The translations under genes and the position numbers were made by a program. The notes beneath the pieces are model-generated. The model worked only from the letters and a program-made list of their open reading frames with translations. It did not search any database and was not told where the DNA came from. Source: Octopus bimaculoides (lineage: Eukaryota). From it: a stretch of DNA of 33,434 nucleotides. The DNA is taken from positions 132,344,147-132,377,580 of the forward strand of contig NC_068982.1 in NCBI RefSeq assembly GCF_001194135.2. Reading direction: 5' to 3'. Below, one piece after another: positions 9,096 to 19,435 of this stretch. Positions within the stretch are counted from its first letter, which is position 1; each line of letters starts with the position of its first letter.

Positions 9096-11963
9096 AAAAT
9101 AATAATGGTGAAATTAACTAAAGAGTTCTAAAATAATTGTAATTGTTTAGTTGATCTGAATTAGGTGGAACAAATTAACTTTCTATTATAGGTGCAGCTA
9201 TGATTGTTGGGTTAAGAGGATCACTTCACAACCACAAAGATTCCTGTTCATCCTACTACATTGATACCATGGGCAACTGTTTTCTGGTATATGTTCAAGT
9301 TAAACAATTTCTTGTGAGTAAAATTTCAATTAGTAACAATTGCACAGAAGCCTGGCTTGCTCCAGTCCACTCAGCTGGCAAAATGAGTAACGCTGCAATG
9401 GACTGGCATCCCGTCCAGCTGGGGAACACATACGCCATTGAAACCGGGAAACCAGCCTGGCTAGGCTTTAAAAAGGGCACAAATATATATACACATATGG
9501 ATATATATATTACGTGCATGTGTGTGTTTGTGTATATATAGTGAAAAATATAAAAAGAAAGGAAATGCACAGAAATTTTATGTTGAATGAAATATATATA
9601 TATGTATAATTCTATGAAATGGAATATTTGCATAGTCAACTTGTTTCGCTTGTGCTGATCATAACTAAGACATTAGTGATGATGTTACAATTTCGTGCTA
9701 TCATAAAAAATGTTCATTCCATGTTAGTAGAAGGAAGGATATTTTATAAATGAATCAAGAAGCAACTATATATATATATATATATNNNNNNNNNNNNNNN
9801 NNNNNNNNNNNNNNNNNNNNNNNNNNNNNNNNNNNNNNNNNNNNNNNNNNNNNNNNNNNNNNNNNNNNNNNNNNNNNNNNNNNNNNNNNNNNNNNNNNNN
9901 NNNNNNNNNNNNNNNNNNNNNNNNNNNNNNNNNNNNNNNNNNNNNNNNNNNNNNNNNNNNNNNNNNNNNNNNNNNNNNNNNNNNNNNNNNNNNNNNNNNN
10001 NNNNNNNNNNNNNNNNNNNNNNNNNNNNNNNNNNNNNNNNNNNNNNNNNNNNNNNNNNNNNNNNNNNNNNNNNNNNNNNNNNNNNNNNNNNNNNNNNNNN
10101 NNNNNNNNNNNNNNNNNNNNNNNNNNNNNNNNNNNNNNNNNNNNNNNNNNNNNNNNNNNNNNNNNNNNNNNNNNNNNNNNNNNNNNNNNNNNNNNNNNNN
10201 NNNNNNNNNNNNNNNNNNNNNNNNNNNNNNNNNNNNNNNNNNNNNNNNNNNNNNNNNNNNNNNNNNNNNNNNNNNNNNNNNNNNNNNNNNNNNNNNNNNN
10301 NNNNNNNNNNNNNNNNNNNNNNNNNNNNNNNNNNNNNNNNNNNNNNNNNNNNNNNNNNNNNNNNNNNNNNNNNNNNNNNNNNNNNNNNNNNNNNNNNNNN
10401 NNNNNNNNNNNNNNNNNNNNNNNNNNNNNNNNNNNNNNNNNNNNNNNNNNNNNNNNNNNNNNNNNNNNNNNNNNNNNNNNNNNNNNNNNNNNNNNNNNNN
10501 NNNNNNNNNNNNNNNNNNNNNNNNNNNNNNNNNNNNNNNNNNNNNNNNNNNNNNNNNNNNNNNNNNNNNNNNNNNNNNNNNNNNNNNNNNNNNNNNNNNN
10601 NNNNNNNNNNNNNNNNNNNNNNNNNNNNNNNNNNNNNNNNNNNNNNNNNNNNNNNNNNNNNNNNNNNNNNNNNNNNNNNNNNNNNNNNNNNNNNNNNNNN
10701 NNNNNNNNNNNNNNNNNNNNNNNNNNNNNNNNNNNNNNNNNNNNNNNNNNNNNNNNNNNNNNNNNNNNNNNNNNNNNNATATATATATATATATATATAT
10801 ATATACACGTGTGTGTGTGTGTGTGTGTGTATTTGTCTGTCTGTGTCTGTGTGTGTGTACATGCACACATATTGTTTGTCTTTACATGTCTTGGCATTGT
10901 CATCAATTGGACAGCAGTGATGTTATCAATTTCTCATGTAAGTGCCAATCCAGCAGCTTGGGCATCTGACAAACAAAGATATGGGATAAGGTACCTTACT
11001 TGATAAACAAATAAGGACAGGCATAAAAAAGAACGTCAGGTTATAGAATACTGTTAAAATGATGCTCAAGAATTCTCATCAAATCTATACCAGAATAGAA
11101 ATAAAAACATGTAAAAATGAATAAGCAAATAAAAATTATGAAAAAACTGTGAACTGAATCTGTGACACCAATATTTTCATAAACCACAGTAAATTATAGG
11201 GGCTGATAAATGGCTCTAATTTGATAGAGGATCAATTCCAGTCTAAATTACCCAGATGATCCTTATGGTGGGGTCAGATAAAGTACATAGTATAATGTTA
11301 TCTGACAAACATATATATGTGAAGGATGTGTACAACAATTAACTGAAGGAACAAAAAAGACAAAAACAAAAACAAAAAATGGATAAATCAATTTCATCAG
11401 CCAATTTTTTATCTAGAGTCATTAGGATTTCAGCACTTGGAAATATTAGTATTGCTTATCTGGAAAGTAATCAAGTTCAAAGAAAACAAAATAAAGTCAA
11501 GTCCAACATCTAGAAACCAACATGACAGAGACATAAGACTGATATGGAAAACAAGAAGAAACAGACACAAAATATAAATAAAAATGGTGTCTTGGAGTTT
11601 GAGAGAGAGACAAACAAGGAAAATGTTTGCACAGAGGAAAAATATAAAAAGACTTTCATCTGGATATAATCTAATAAGAGAGAAATACTGCTCACAAGGC
11701 AAAACAACAGTAAAAAAAGTAGTGGATATCAGTAGATAGGTGGTATGAAAAGGAGAGAAAATGAGAGACAGTGGGAGGAAGGGGAGGGCAATACAGAGTG
11801 AGAGAAAGGTATTGTAAGTCACAGTGAGAGATAAGTCAGTTACAATAAATAATATGACCATGTAAGCTAGAAATGAAAAATAATGGCAAATAATGTGTAT
11901 GACAATTAACAAGATTACAACAGTGCCAATCCTAGTATGTAATATAATAAATCTCTCTCTGTC

Positions 11964-12039
<76 letters not shown>

Positions 12040-12182
12040 NNNNNNNNNNNNNNNNNNNNNNNNNNNNNNNNNNNNNNNNNNNNNNNNNNNNNNNNNNNNN
12101 NNNNNNNNNNNNNNNNNNNNNNNNNNNNNNNNNNNNNNNNNNNNNNNNNNNNNNNNNNNNNNNNNNNNNNNNNNNNNNNNNN

Positions 12183-12238
<56 letters not shown>

Positions 12239-12246
12239 TACACACA

Positions 12247-12478
12247 TAGTTGGCCAAAAGTCATCGGACAGTAATTCAAAATTTCATAGATATATCTGTA
12301 ATTCTTTATTGACTCAAATGGAAAAATGTGTTGCTTAAAAAGGACTTCAGTTTGAACAATTCTCATGATGTTTCAGACTTAGATGCTTGTATTAAATTCG
12401 TTCAGTTGTTAAACATAAATAAATCTTGGAATTAAATGGTTTTGGTTAACTGTCAGGTGACTTTTGGCCAACCCTATA
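12247..12478. mobile_element. Tc1/mariner-type MITE (~230 bp)
   Basis: The left end TAGTTGGCCAAAAGTCATCGGACAG matches the reverse complement of the right end, TATAGGGTTGGCCAAAAGTCACCTGACAG. It has TA flanks and no coding capacity. Confidence 0.75.
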
Positions 12479-12868
12479 TATGTATATTCACATTTATTCT
12501 GTGTTAACATAAGTAATATGTGTTCTCCTGAAGAACCATTGTGGATTTGCACCCTAAACACTATGAACACCCACTGCAGAGGATGCAGATAACTACATTA
12601 GTGAAATACACGTAGGTAATAAATGATATAAACTGTATACCATGTTTATCATATTCCCACCTACCACTGTTGTGTATGTGTAAATGTATATATATATATA
12701 TAAAGTAGTCGAATGCTGTCAACTTAATGTGACAGTCCCATGACGGGAATAATAATACAGCTATTCAGCCCTTGGAAGCTGCATCACTTCCTGTCGGCCT
12801 CGACACATTTCCAGTGTCCTTATGTTTTACAAGGGGGAGACAAGCACCTCCATCCAGCTAAGCCTGCA

Positions 12869-12911
12869 TCCAGAGACGTGTTTCTGAGTCTTTGCTTGTC
12901 ATCAGTCTAGA
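12869..12911 (-). ncRNA. Candidate minimal type I hammerhead ribozyme (left arm, sense to KCNQ1 pre-mRNA), more degenerate
   Basis: The minus strand reads TCTAGA, CTGATGA, CAAGCAAAGACTCA, GAAA, CACG, TC, TCTGGA. Stem I has one G-U pair and stem II has a mismatch. Confidence 0.4.
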
Positions 12912-13177
12912 GTAGCATGACTTGCTAGTTGGAGATGCCTGTCAAGCTCTTGTAAACATATAACAATTCTAGTGAAATACATTCACTGATTACAAAATAG
13001 AAATAATACATTTCTAAATCTCTCAGAGAGATTTATGCAGTAGTGATACGATAAAGTATCAGTGAAAGTATTTCACTAGAATTATTATTATATAAAGTAT
13101 CAGTGAATGTATTTCACTAGAATTATTATATGTTTATAAGAGCTTGACAAGCATCTCCGACTAGCAAGTCATGCTAC

Positions 13178-13220
13178 TCCAGACTGATGACGAGCAAAGA
13201 CTCAGAAACATGTCTCTGGA
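13178..13220 (+). ncRNA. Candidate minimal type I hammerhead ribozyme (right arm)
   Basis: TCCAGA, CTGATGA, c, GAG-caaaga-CTC, a, GAAA, C-AT-G, TC, TCTGGA. It has a 6-bp stem I, a GUC triplet ending at 13214 and palindromic ACATGT in stem III. One extra nucleotide on each side of stem II is non-canonical. Confidence 0.55.
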
Positions 13221-13463
13221 TGCAGGCTTAGCTGAGTGGAGGTGCTTGTCTCCCTGTTGTAAACATAAGGACACAGGAAATGTGTCAAGGCCGACAGGAA
13301 GTGGTGCAGCTTCCTAGGGCTGAATAGCAGTAGTATTATTCCCTTCATGGGACTGTCACATTAAGTTGACAGCATACAACTACTTTATCGTATCTCTGAG
13401 AGATTTAGAAATGTATTATTTCTATTTATTTATGTATTTATATATATATATATATATATATAT

Positions 13464-13843
13464 NNNNNNNNNNNNNNNNNNNNNNNNNNNNNNNNNNNNN
13501 NNNNNNNNNNNNNNNNNNNNNNNNNNNNNNNNNNNNNNNNNNNNNNNNNNNNNNNNNNNNNNNNNNNNNNNNNNNNNNNNNNNNNNNNNNNNNNNNNNNN
13601 NNNNNNNNNNNNNNNNNNNNNNNNNNNNNNNNNNNNNNNNNNNNNNNNNNNNNNNNNNNNNNNNNNNNNNNNNNNNNNNNNNNNNNNNNNNNNNNNNNNN
13701 NNNNNNNNNNNNNNNNNNNNNNNNNNNNNNNNNNNNNNNNNNNNNNNNNNNNNNNNNNNNNNNNNNNNNNNNNNNNNNNNNNNNNNNNNNNNNNNNNNNN
13801 NNNNNNNNNNNNNNNNNNNNNNNNNNNNNNNNNNNNNNNNNNN
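13464..13843. other. Assembly gap removing the 3' end of the KCNQ1 pore/S6 exon
   Basis: The N run begins 83 nt into the exon on the minus strand. About 28 nt of coding sequence and the donor site are expected to be missing if the exon is 111 nt as in human. Confidence 0.95.
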
Positions 13844-13926
13844 AAAACAGAAAAACATGAGGCAACAATTCGTCCCATCCATGTTTGGGGTACTGTGTCT
13901 CCATATCCAATTGTGGTCACTGTTAT
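13844..13926 (-). CDS. KCNQ1: KCNQ1 exon (human exon 7 equivalent): selectivity filter TTIGYGD and start of S6; 3' end and donor site lie in the N gap
   Basis: ttgcag|ATA ACA GTG ACC ACA ATT GGA TAT GGA GAC... gives [27 protein letters not shown](F), 83 nt visible before the gap at 13464-13843. Confidence 0.95.
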
Positions 13927-13930
13927 CTGC

Positions 13931-13937
13931 AATAATG

Positions 13938-13988
<51 letters not shown>

Positions 13989-14012
13989 GTGATGATGATG
14001 ATGATGATGATA
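13931..14012. repeat. (AAT)n/(GAT)n microsatellite immediately upstream (minus strand) of the pore-exon acceptor
   Basis: The minus strand reads (ATC)n...(ATT)n ATCATTATTGCAG|exon. Confidence 0.95.
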
Positions 14013-14029
14013 GTCATTATAATTGTGTA

Positions 14030-14225
14030 GTTTAGGCACAAGACCAGAAATTTTAAGGGATAGGGATTTGTTGAAACCATACAACTCTATACTTGACCAT
14101 TAGATTATCAACTCCTGAAAGGATGAATCATGAAGTAGGCTTTGGCAGGATTTGAACTAAGAACATAGCATGCCAGAAGAAATTTCACAGAATGTTTTGT
14201 CTTATACATTAACAATTTTATCAGA
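14030..14225 (-). mobile_element. Diverged tRNA-type SINE (family C) whose tail runs into the microsatellite at 13931-14012
   Basis: Homologous to 28495-28705, sharing TAGGCACAAG.CC..AAATTT, AAAGGATGAA and GGA.TTT.AACT.AGAAC.TA..TGCCAG in the same order. Confidence 0.6.
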
Positions 14226-14334
14226 AAGAGAAAAATATGTATAAGTATGTTGCTACTGAGATTCTAATATATTAGAATTTTAAAATACCATAAGATATTA
14301 AAATGTATGATACCTCAATACTATTCTACAGGGT

Positions 14335-14490
14335 GCAGGTATGACTGTGTGGTTAAGGAGTTTTCCTAACAACAATGAGGTTTAAGGTTTTGAATCCACT
14401 ATGCAAGACTTTGAGCAAGTATTTTCTGTCTTAGCTGTGAGTTGACTGAAGCCTTGAAAGTGAAATTTGCTACATGGAGAATGTGTAGAA
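14335..14490 (+). mobile_element. Diverged tRNA-headed SINE (family B head)
   Basis: GACTGTGTGGTTAAG...GGTTTTGAATCCACT...TTGAGCAAGT...GCCTTG is colinear with the reverse complement of 16251-16399. Confidence 0.6.
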
Positions 14491-14999
14491 GACAGTCAGA
14501 GTGACTGTTGCTGATCTTGGATGGCAGACTGAACCTGTCCCCCAGATTAACACCACCATCATCTAACCCTTGATTGTACCCTCAGTGTAGTTCTGCCTAT
14601 TGTAAATATTTGGATCAAACCTTTAGTCTTTGGGTAACTTTCTCTCTTTCTTCCAGACTGTCAGGAGTGGATCTTACAATTTTTGTCATAAATCTGCATA
14701 TTAATGACACTTTCAAGTGTTTTTATAGAAAAAAAGCCCAAAAAACTGTTTATGAACTTATATCCAATCTCATTAGAAAACAATTAATCATAAATATGGA
14801 AGATATTTTTCTAAGAAACATTTATTTTTATAATGTAAATTTTCTTAGATGTCGACAGCTAATTATCAGACAACCAGCTAAAAGAAGAGAAATTCCTATC
14901 ATGTTGCCAGCATAACATTGCACCTGTGATCAAAACACAATGTCATGCCTGTGACCAAGACATATAAGTGGTGTTTACACTTGAAAACTGCTGATCGTT

Positions 15000-15146
15000 T
15001 TACAATAATTGTTTTTATTCTTACAATAATTGTTTTTATTCTTACAATAATTGTTTCTATTCTTACAATAATTGTTTTTATTCTTACAATAATTGTTTTT
15101 ATTCTTACAATAATTGTTTTTATTCTTACAATAATTGTTTTCATTC
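15000..15146. repeat. 21-bp minisatellite, 7 units (TTACAATAATTGTTTTTATTC)
   Basis: Seven consecutive units with two single-base variants. It joins directly onto the 3' part of a family A copy (15147-15262). Confidence 0.97.
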
Positions 15147-15744
15147 TTGCCAAATCAGATTTGAGCCAGTTGCAGCCTCCCAACTTGCCAGTTCTCAGTC
15201 AAACCGTCCAACCCATGCCAGCATGGAAATCGGAGATTAAACAACGACAATGATGATGATGAAAAATTTCTCTTTTAATTGCTTTTCAGTTACTTAGTCA
15301 AGGAAGAAAGAGCAGAGCCCATGACCCTTATTATTTTCAGGGTCTTTAAGACCGGTAGAAAGAAGGGAGGTGGTTATCCTTAAACTGGAAGCCTGGTTCA
15401 AGTGCCTCTTTCCAACAAAGTGAAATCTACTAAAGGCGTACAAGGACCAGGTTGTGGTATTAAGCTGAGGGACATATCAAGTCTGCTATTGGGTTGGACA
15501 TGATAGGATTTTGAACTGAAAATGCAAATAACCTGAACAAATACCACAAGACATCTTGTCTGATATTCTAATACTACTCAGTTCACTGTCCTGGATTGGT
15601 CCTATATTTATCAACCCCCAAAAAGATGAGCTAACAACCACATAGTTTCAGGTTCTCCCCACTGAGCGAAACCTTGAGAAAGTGTTTTCTACTATAACTC
15701 CTGGTCGATCAATGTGGAAGAGGTAGACCCAGGAAGACCTGGGA

Positions 15745-16250
15745 TGAGGTGGGGAAGCATGACCTTTGAACATTGCCTCTCAGAGGCAATAGCAAGTGAC
15801 TGAAACCTTTGGAGATATACTGTGCTTGAGAAGATCCAGCAAGCCAAGTGAGATCATAGCTGTGGCCAATGCCAGTGTCGCATAACCAGCCTGCTTAAAA
15901 GTACTCTTCAATCACTAGGCAATATGCTGTGCTTGAGAAGACCTGTCGAGTCAAGTGAAATCGTTTTTGTGGCTGATGCCGGTGCTGCCTGACTGGCACC
16001 CATGCTGGAGGCACATAAAAAGCATCATTCGAGCGTGGTCAATACTAGTGCTGCTTGACTGGCTCCCTACCACCGGCACATAAAAAGCACCCACTACATT
16101 CTTGGAGTGGAAGGGCATCCAGCAGTAGAAACCTTGCCAGATCAGATTGGAGCCTGGTGCAGCCTCCTGGCTTACCAGTCCTCAGTCAAACTATCCAGCC
16201 CATACCAGTATGGAAAGTGGACATTAAACAACAATGATGATGATGATGAT
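15745..16250 (+). mobile_element. Longer family A retroposon copy with (GAT)n tail
   Basis: Internal repeats of GTGCTGCCTGACTGGC..CATAAAAAGCA followed by the family core and tail. Confidence 0.75.
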
Positions 16251-16399
16251 GGGCTTCTTTCAGTTTCCATCTAACAAATCCACTCACACGACTTTGGTCG
16301 GCCTGAGGCTATAGTAGAAGACACTTGCCCAAGGTGCCATGCAGTGAGACTGAACTTGGAACCATGTGGTTGGGAAGCAAGCTTCTTACTACATAGCCA
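16251..16399 (-). mobile_element. tRNA-headed SINE (family B head), Octopus-type
   Basis: The minus strand reads TGGCTATGTAGTAAGAAGCTTGCTTCCCAACCACATGGTTCCAAGTTCAGTCTCACTGC, with A/B-box-like elements. Homologous to 21997-22145 and 28217-28320. Confidence 0.85.
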
Positions 16400-17419
16400 A
16401 TATATAAATCTGTTGAATATCTTCTTTTTCAGTTGATCTTATTTATTTATGGATTATGCAAGAAAATCATTCATAATATTTTGATAAAAGAAGAAATATA
16501 TCTGTGTTGAATTTTGTAATTTGTAAGCAACTTTATTTAAAGTGTAAGATGGAAACTAGAAATAAACAAAGTGTTATTTGAAGTGAAGTATTATTTTCTT
16601 GAAACAAAAGAAATAATGTTGTAAAATTAGCAAGATAAGAGAAACTAAAACACACAACACACACACACTCTCTTTCTCTCTCTGACACACATACACACAC
16701 ACACACTCTCCTTCTCTCTCTCACACACATACACACACACACTCTCTCTTTCTCTCTCTCACACACATGCACACACACACACACAAACACATACACACAC
16801 ACACACACTCTCTCTCTCTCTCTCTCTCTCATACACACTCACACACACACATGCACACTCACACACACACATGCACACATATAGCACAACAGCATTTAGC
16901 AAAGAAACAATCATTTTGTGAGCAAAATATGCCTACTTTTGTTGTAGCAGTTTAAAAAAAGTCTAGACTTTACATTACAAAATTTTCAGCATCAAGTATG
17001 CAGCAACGGTTATAGTAATTATTGTAGGATGTCACTTGAAGGAAATACAACCAATACAATTCTCAGGATATTAAAATATTCAAGTAGACAAATTATTTGA
17101 TTTACGTTTATTTCAGTTATCTCATGTTTTCTTAGTTATGACATTATCAACAATCATGTGTTTCTTGTGAGATTTTCAGTAAATTGCTGCAAGCTTCTTC
17201 CAACACCTAAAACTGTGATCTGAAGATCATATGAGCAATGGAATTAAATAATTCAGCCAGCTTGAGATATGTTGAAATAAATTTGCATATAAAATTATAA
17301 AATAAAATTCAATCATAAATCGTTGGGTCATTTGGGAACTGCTGAAGATTTCTTGTTTAGCTATCATCATCATCATCATCATCGCCATCGTCGCTGTTCT
17401 TATTGTTGTCATAGTTGTT

Positions 17420-17420
17420 G

Positions 17421-17460
<40 letters not shown>

Positions 17461-17590
17461 TTTCATTTACTATCCATTTTCTATGCTGGCATGGGTTGGA
17501 TGGTACAACAGGAAACCAGCAAATCAGAGAATAATGCTGAGCTCCAACGTCTGCTCTGGCAGGTTTCTACGGTTGGATGCACTTCCTAAT
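17420..17590 (-). mobile_element. Family A copy with a long (CAT)n tail
   Basis: TTTTCTATGCTGGCATGGGTTGGA...GGCAGGTTTCTACGGTTGGATGCACTTCCTAA. Confidence 0.7.
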
Positions 17591-17609
17591 ATGATATTTA
17601 AATTTTTTT

Positions 17610-18116
17610 TGTTGGCACTCCGTCGTTTACGACGACGAGTGTTCCAGTTGATCCGATCAACGGAACAGCCTGCTCGTGAAATTAAAGTGCAAGTGGCTGA
17701 GCACTCTACAGACACGTGTACCCTTAACGTAGTTCTTGGGGATATTCAGCGTGACACAGTGTGACAAGGCTGGCCCTTTGAATTACAGGCACAACAGAAA
17801 CAGGAAGTAAGAGTGGGAGAAAGTTGTGGTGAAAGAGTACAGCAGGATTCGCCACCATCTCCTGNNNNNNNNNNCAGCGTGACACAGTGTGACAAGGCTG
17901 GCCCTTTGAATTACAGGCACAACAGAAACAGGAAGTAAGAGTGGGAGAAAGTTGTGGTGAAAGAGTACAGCAGGATTCGCCACCATCTCCTGCCGGAGCC
18001 TCGTGGAGCTTTAGGTGTTTTCGCTCAATAAACACTCACAACGCCCGGTCTGGGAATCGAAACTGCGATCCTATGACCGCGAGTCCACTGCCCTAACCAC
18101 TGGGCCATTGCACCTC
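17610..18116 (-). mobile_element. tRNA-derived SINE (family D), containing a 118-bp segment duplicated across a 10-N gap
   Basis: The minus-strand head GAGGTGCAATGGCCCAGTGGTTAGGGCAGTGGACTCGCGGTCATAGGATCGCAGTTTCGATTCCCAGACC has clear A and B boxes. A diverged second copy lies at ~23005-23275. Confidence 0.85.
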
Positions 18117-18795
18117 TACGACATTTAAATACACCAAAGCTTAAACAATTATCAACACTTTACCAAGTTCAGTTAGAATACTTCCCACATATCTGGTACA
18201 GTGCTGCAACAATATGTACAGACAGCTTGGATTGTATTCTTCCACCCCCTAAAAAAGGCCTCTTGACTCATTAGCCTGAAGCTGTTTGTTATTTCACTCC
18301 AGCCTTTGAGCCATAGACATAGTGTCTCCTTTCTCTGTTGCTTTTGTGCTGCTACAAAAGGAATAAGGGGTAGTGAATGTGGATAGATTCAGTGCCAACT
18401 CTCATGCACTTATGTCACGATAGGAGAAAAGTAGAGAGTTAAGGGTGGTGGCAGGGAGGATTGAATATGGGTAGATTCAATCCCAATCCTCATGACAGGT
18501 AATATGGTGCAGTGTTTATGAGAAGCTGAGTGATAGATAAGATGGTAAAGAAGATGTGGGGCAGTAGTTGTGAAGTTAACAGAAACACAATTGTGAGACG
18601 CTGACGCAGATATATTATATCTGATGCATGATTTCTTTTTTGCCAGTACATAACCACAAAACTATTTAGATGCAAAAGTGAAATTAATTCTGTAGAAATA
18701 TCTGAAACATGAAGGTAATTCTGTAGATATCTCCCTTGCTTTAAGTTTTATACAAAATGCACAAGTTTGTTTACGATATGTCAATCCATACTTAC

Positions 18796-18936
18796 CACAC
18801 CCCACCAAAGTGCATCTGCATAACTGCTAAAAGCTGACTCTCCCTCTTTGTTGCTGTTATCTTTCTCAGCAAGGTAAACAAAATAGGATGAAAATATTAG
18901 CCCCAAGAAACCAATGTACAGTGTAGTTATTAGTTC
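18796..18936 (-). CDS. KCNQ1: KCNQ1 exon (human exon 6 equivalent): S5, turret, pore helix
   Basis: ttgcag|GAA CTA...GGT GTG|gtaagt. The exon is 141 nt, 47 aa: [47 protein letters not shown], inside ORF 18781..19038. Confidence 0.97.
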
Positions 18937-19435
18937 CTGCAAATGGAATAAAACGAAATATATTAGCAAAAATATCAATGTTTGACAGACAGTGCTTAGC
19001 ACAAGTTTTATAGTGCGAAGTAGATGAGAGATACTCACTCACCAGGAAAGTAAGTAGAACTAACAGTGGTTGTGTTCCAAAACTATCTGATGCCTATTTT
19101 CGATAAATTGTAGAATAAAGTATCTTGCTCATAAATACATTAAAAGTTTTGCAGCATACTTGAGCTTACAACTTAGAAGTCAGTCATTCAATACCTCATT
19201 TAATTGGCTATTGAACCTCTGCAGTAAATATATAATAACCAAGTCAGTGAATGTATTTTGAAAACTGGTACTTACTCTATTAGTATCTTTTGCTTAACCT
19301 CTAAGTTATGGGTACAAATACAAAACGACCAGTTGTCAAGTGGTGATAGTGCGGGGAACAAATAGATAAAAAGACACACATTTATATATGCACACATACA
19401 TACATACATACATACATGCATATATACATACACAT

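Larger units (their letters stand above)
12701..13427. mobile_element. Palindromic non-coding element: two divergent copies of a ~335-bp unit (Penelope pLTR/retrozyme-like), each carrying a hammerhead-like motif
   Basis: Arms 12701-12990 and 13099-13387 are reverse complements (about 20 substitutions and 1 indel by manual alignment, ~93%). 13381-13427 is the reverse complement of spacer pieces 12995-13029 and 13046-13059. It is flanked by (AT)n runs. Confidence 0.8.

Noticed and set aside
11430-11912. 160-aa hydrophobic 'membrane protein' ORF on the minus strand
   Set aside because: It is a by-product of an A/G-rich + strand. It has no recognisable motif and no similarity to the KCNQ segments expected between exons 7 and 8.
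14899-15253. ORFs with (TIIVFIL)n or (IKTIIVR)n repeats, and a CRISPR-like regular repeat
   Set aside because: These are translations of a 21-bp tandem repeat with no spacers, no splice context and no cas genes, in a eukaryotic intron.
17747-17992. Exact 118-bp direct repeat
   Set aside because: The two identical copies (17747-17864 and 17875-17992) flank a 10-N gap, the signature of an unmerged contig overlap. It is probably an assembly artefact.
18040-18116. tRNA gene
   Set aside because: It has A/B boxes but no clean cloverleaf, and continues into a repeat body also found at ~23005-23275. It is a SINE head. The same applies to 16251-16399, 21997-22145 and 28600-28705.
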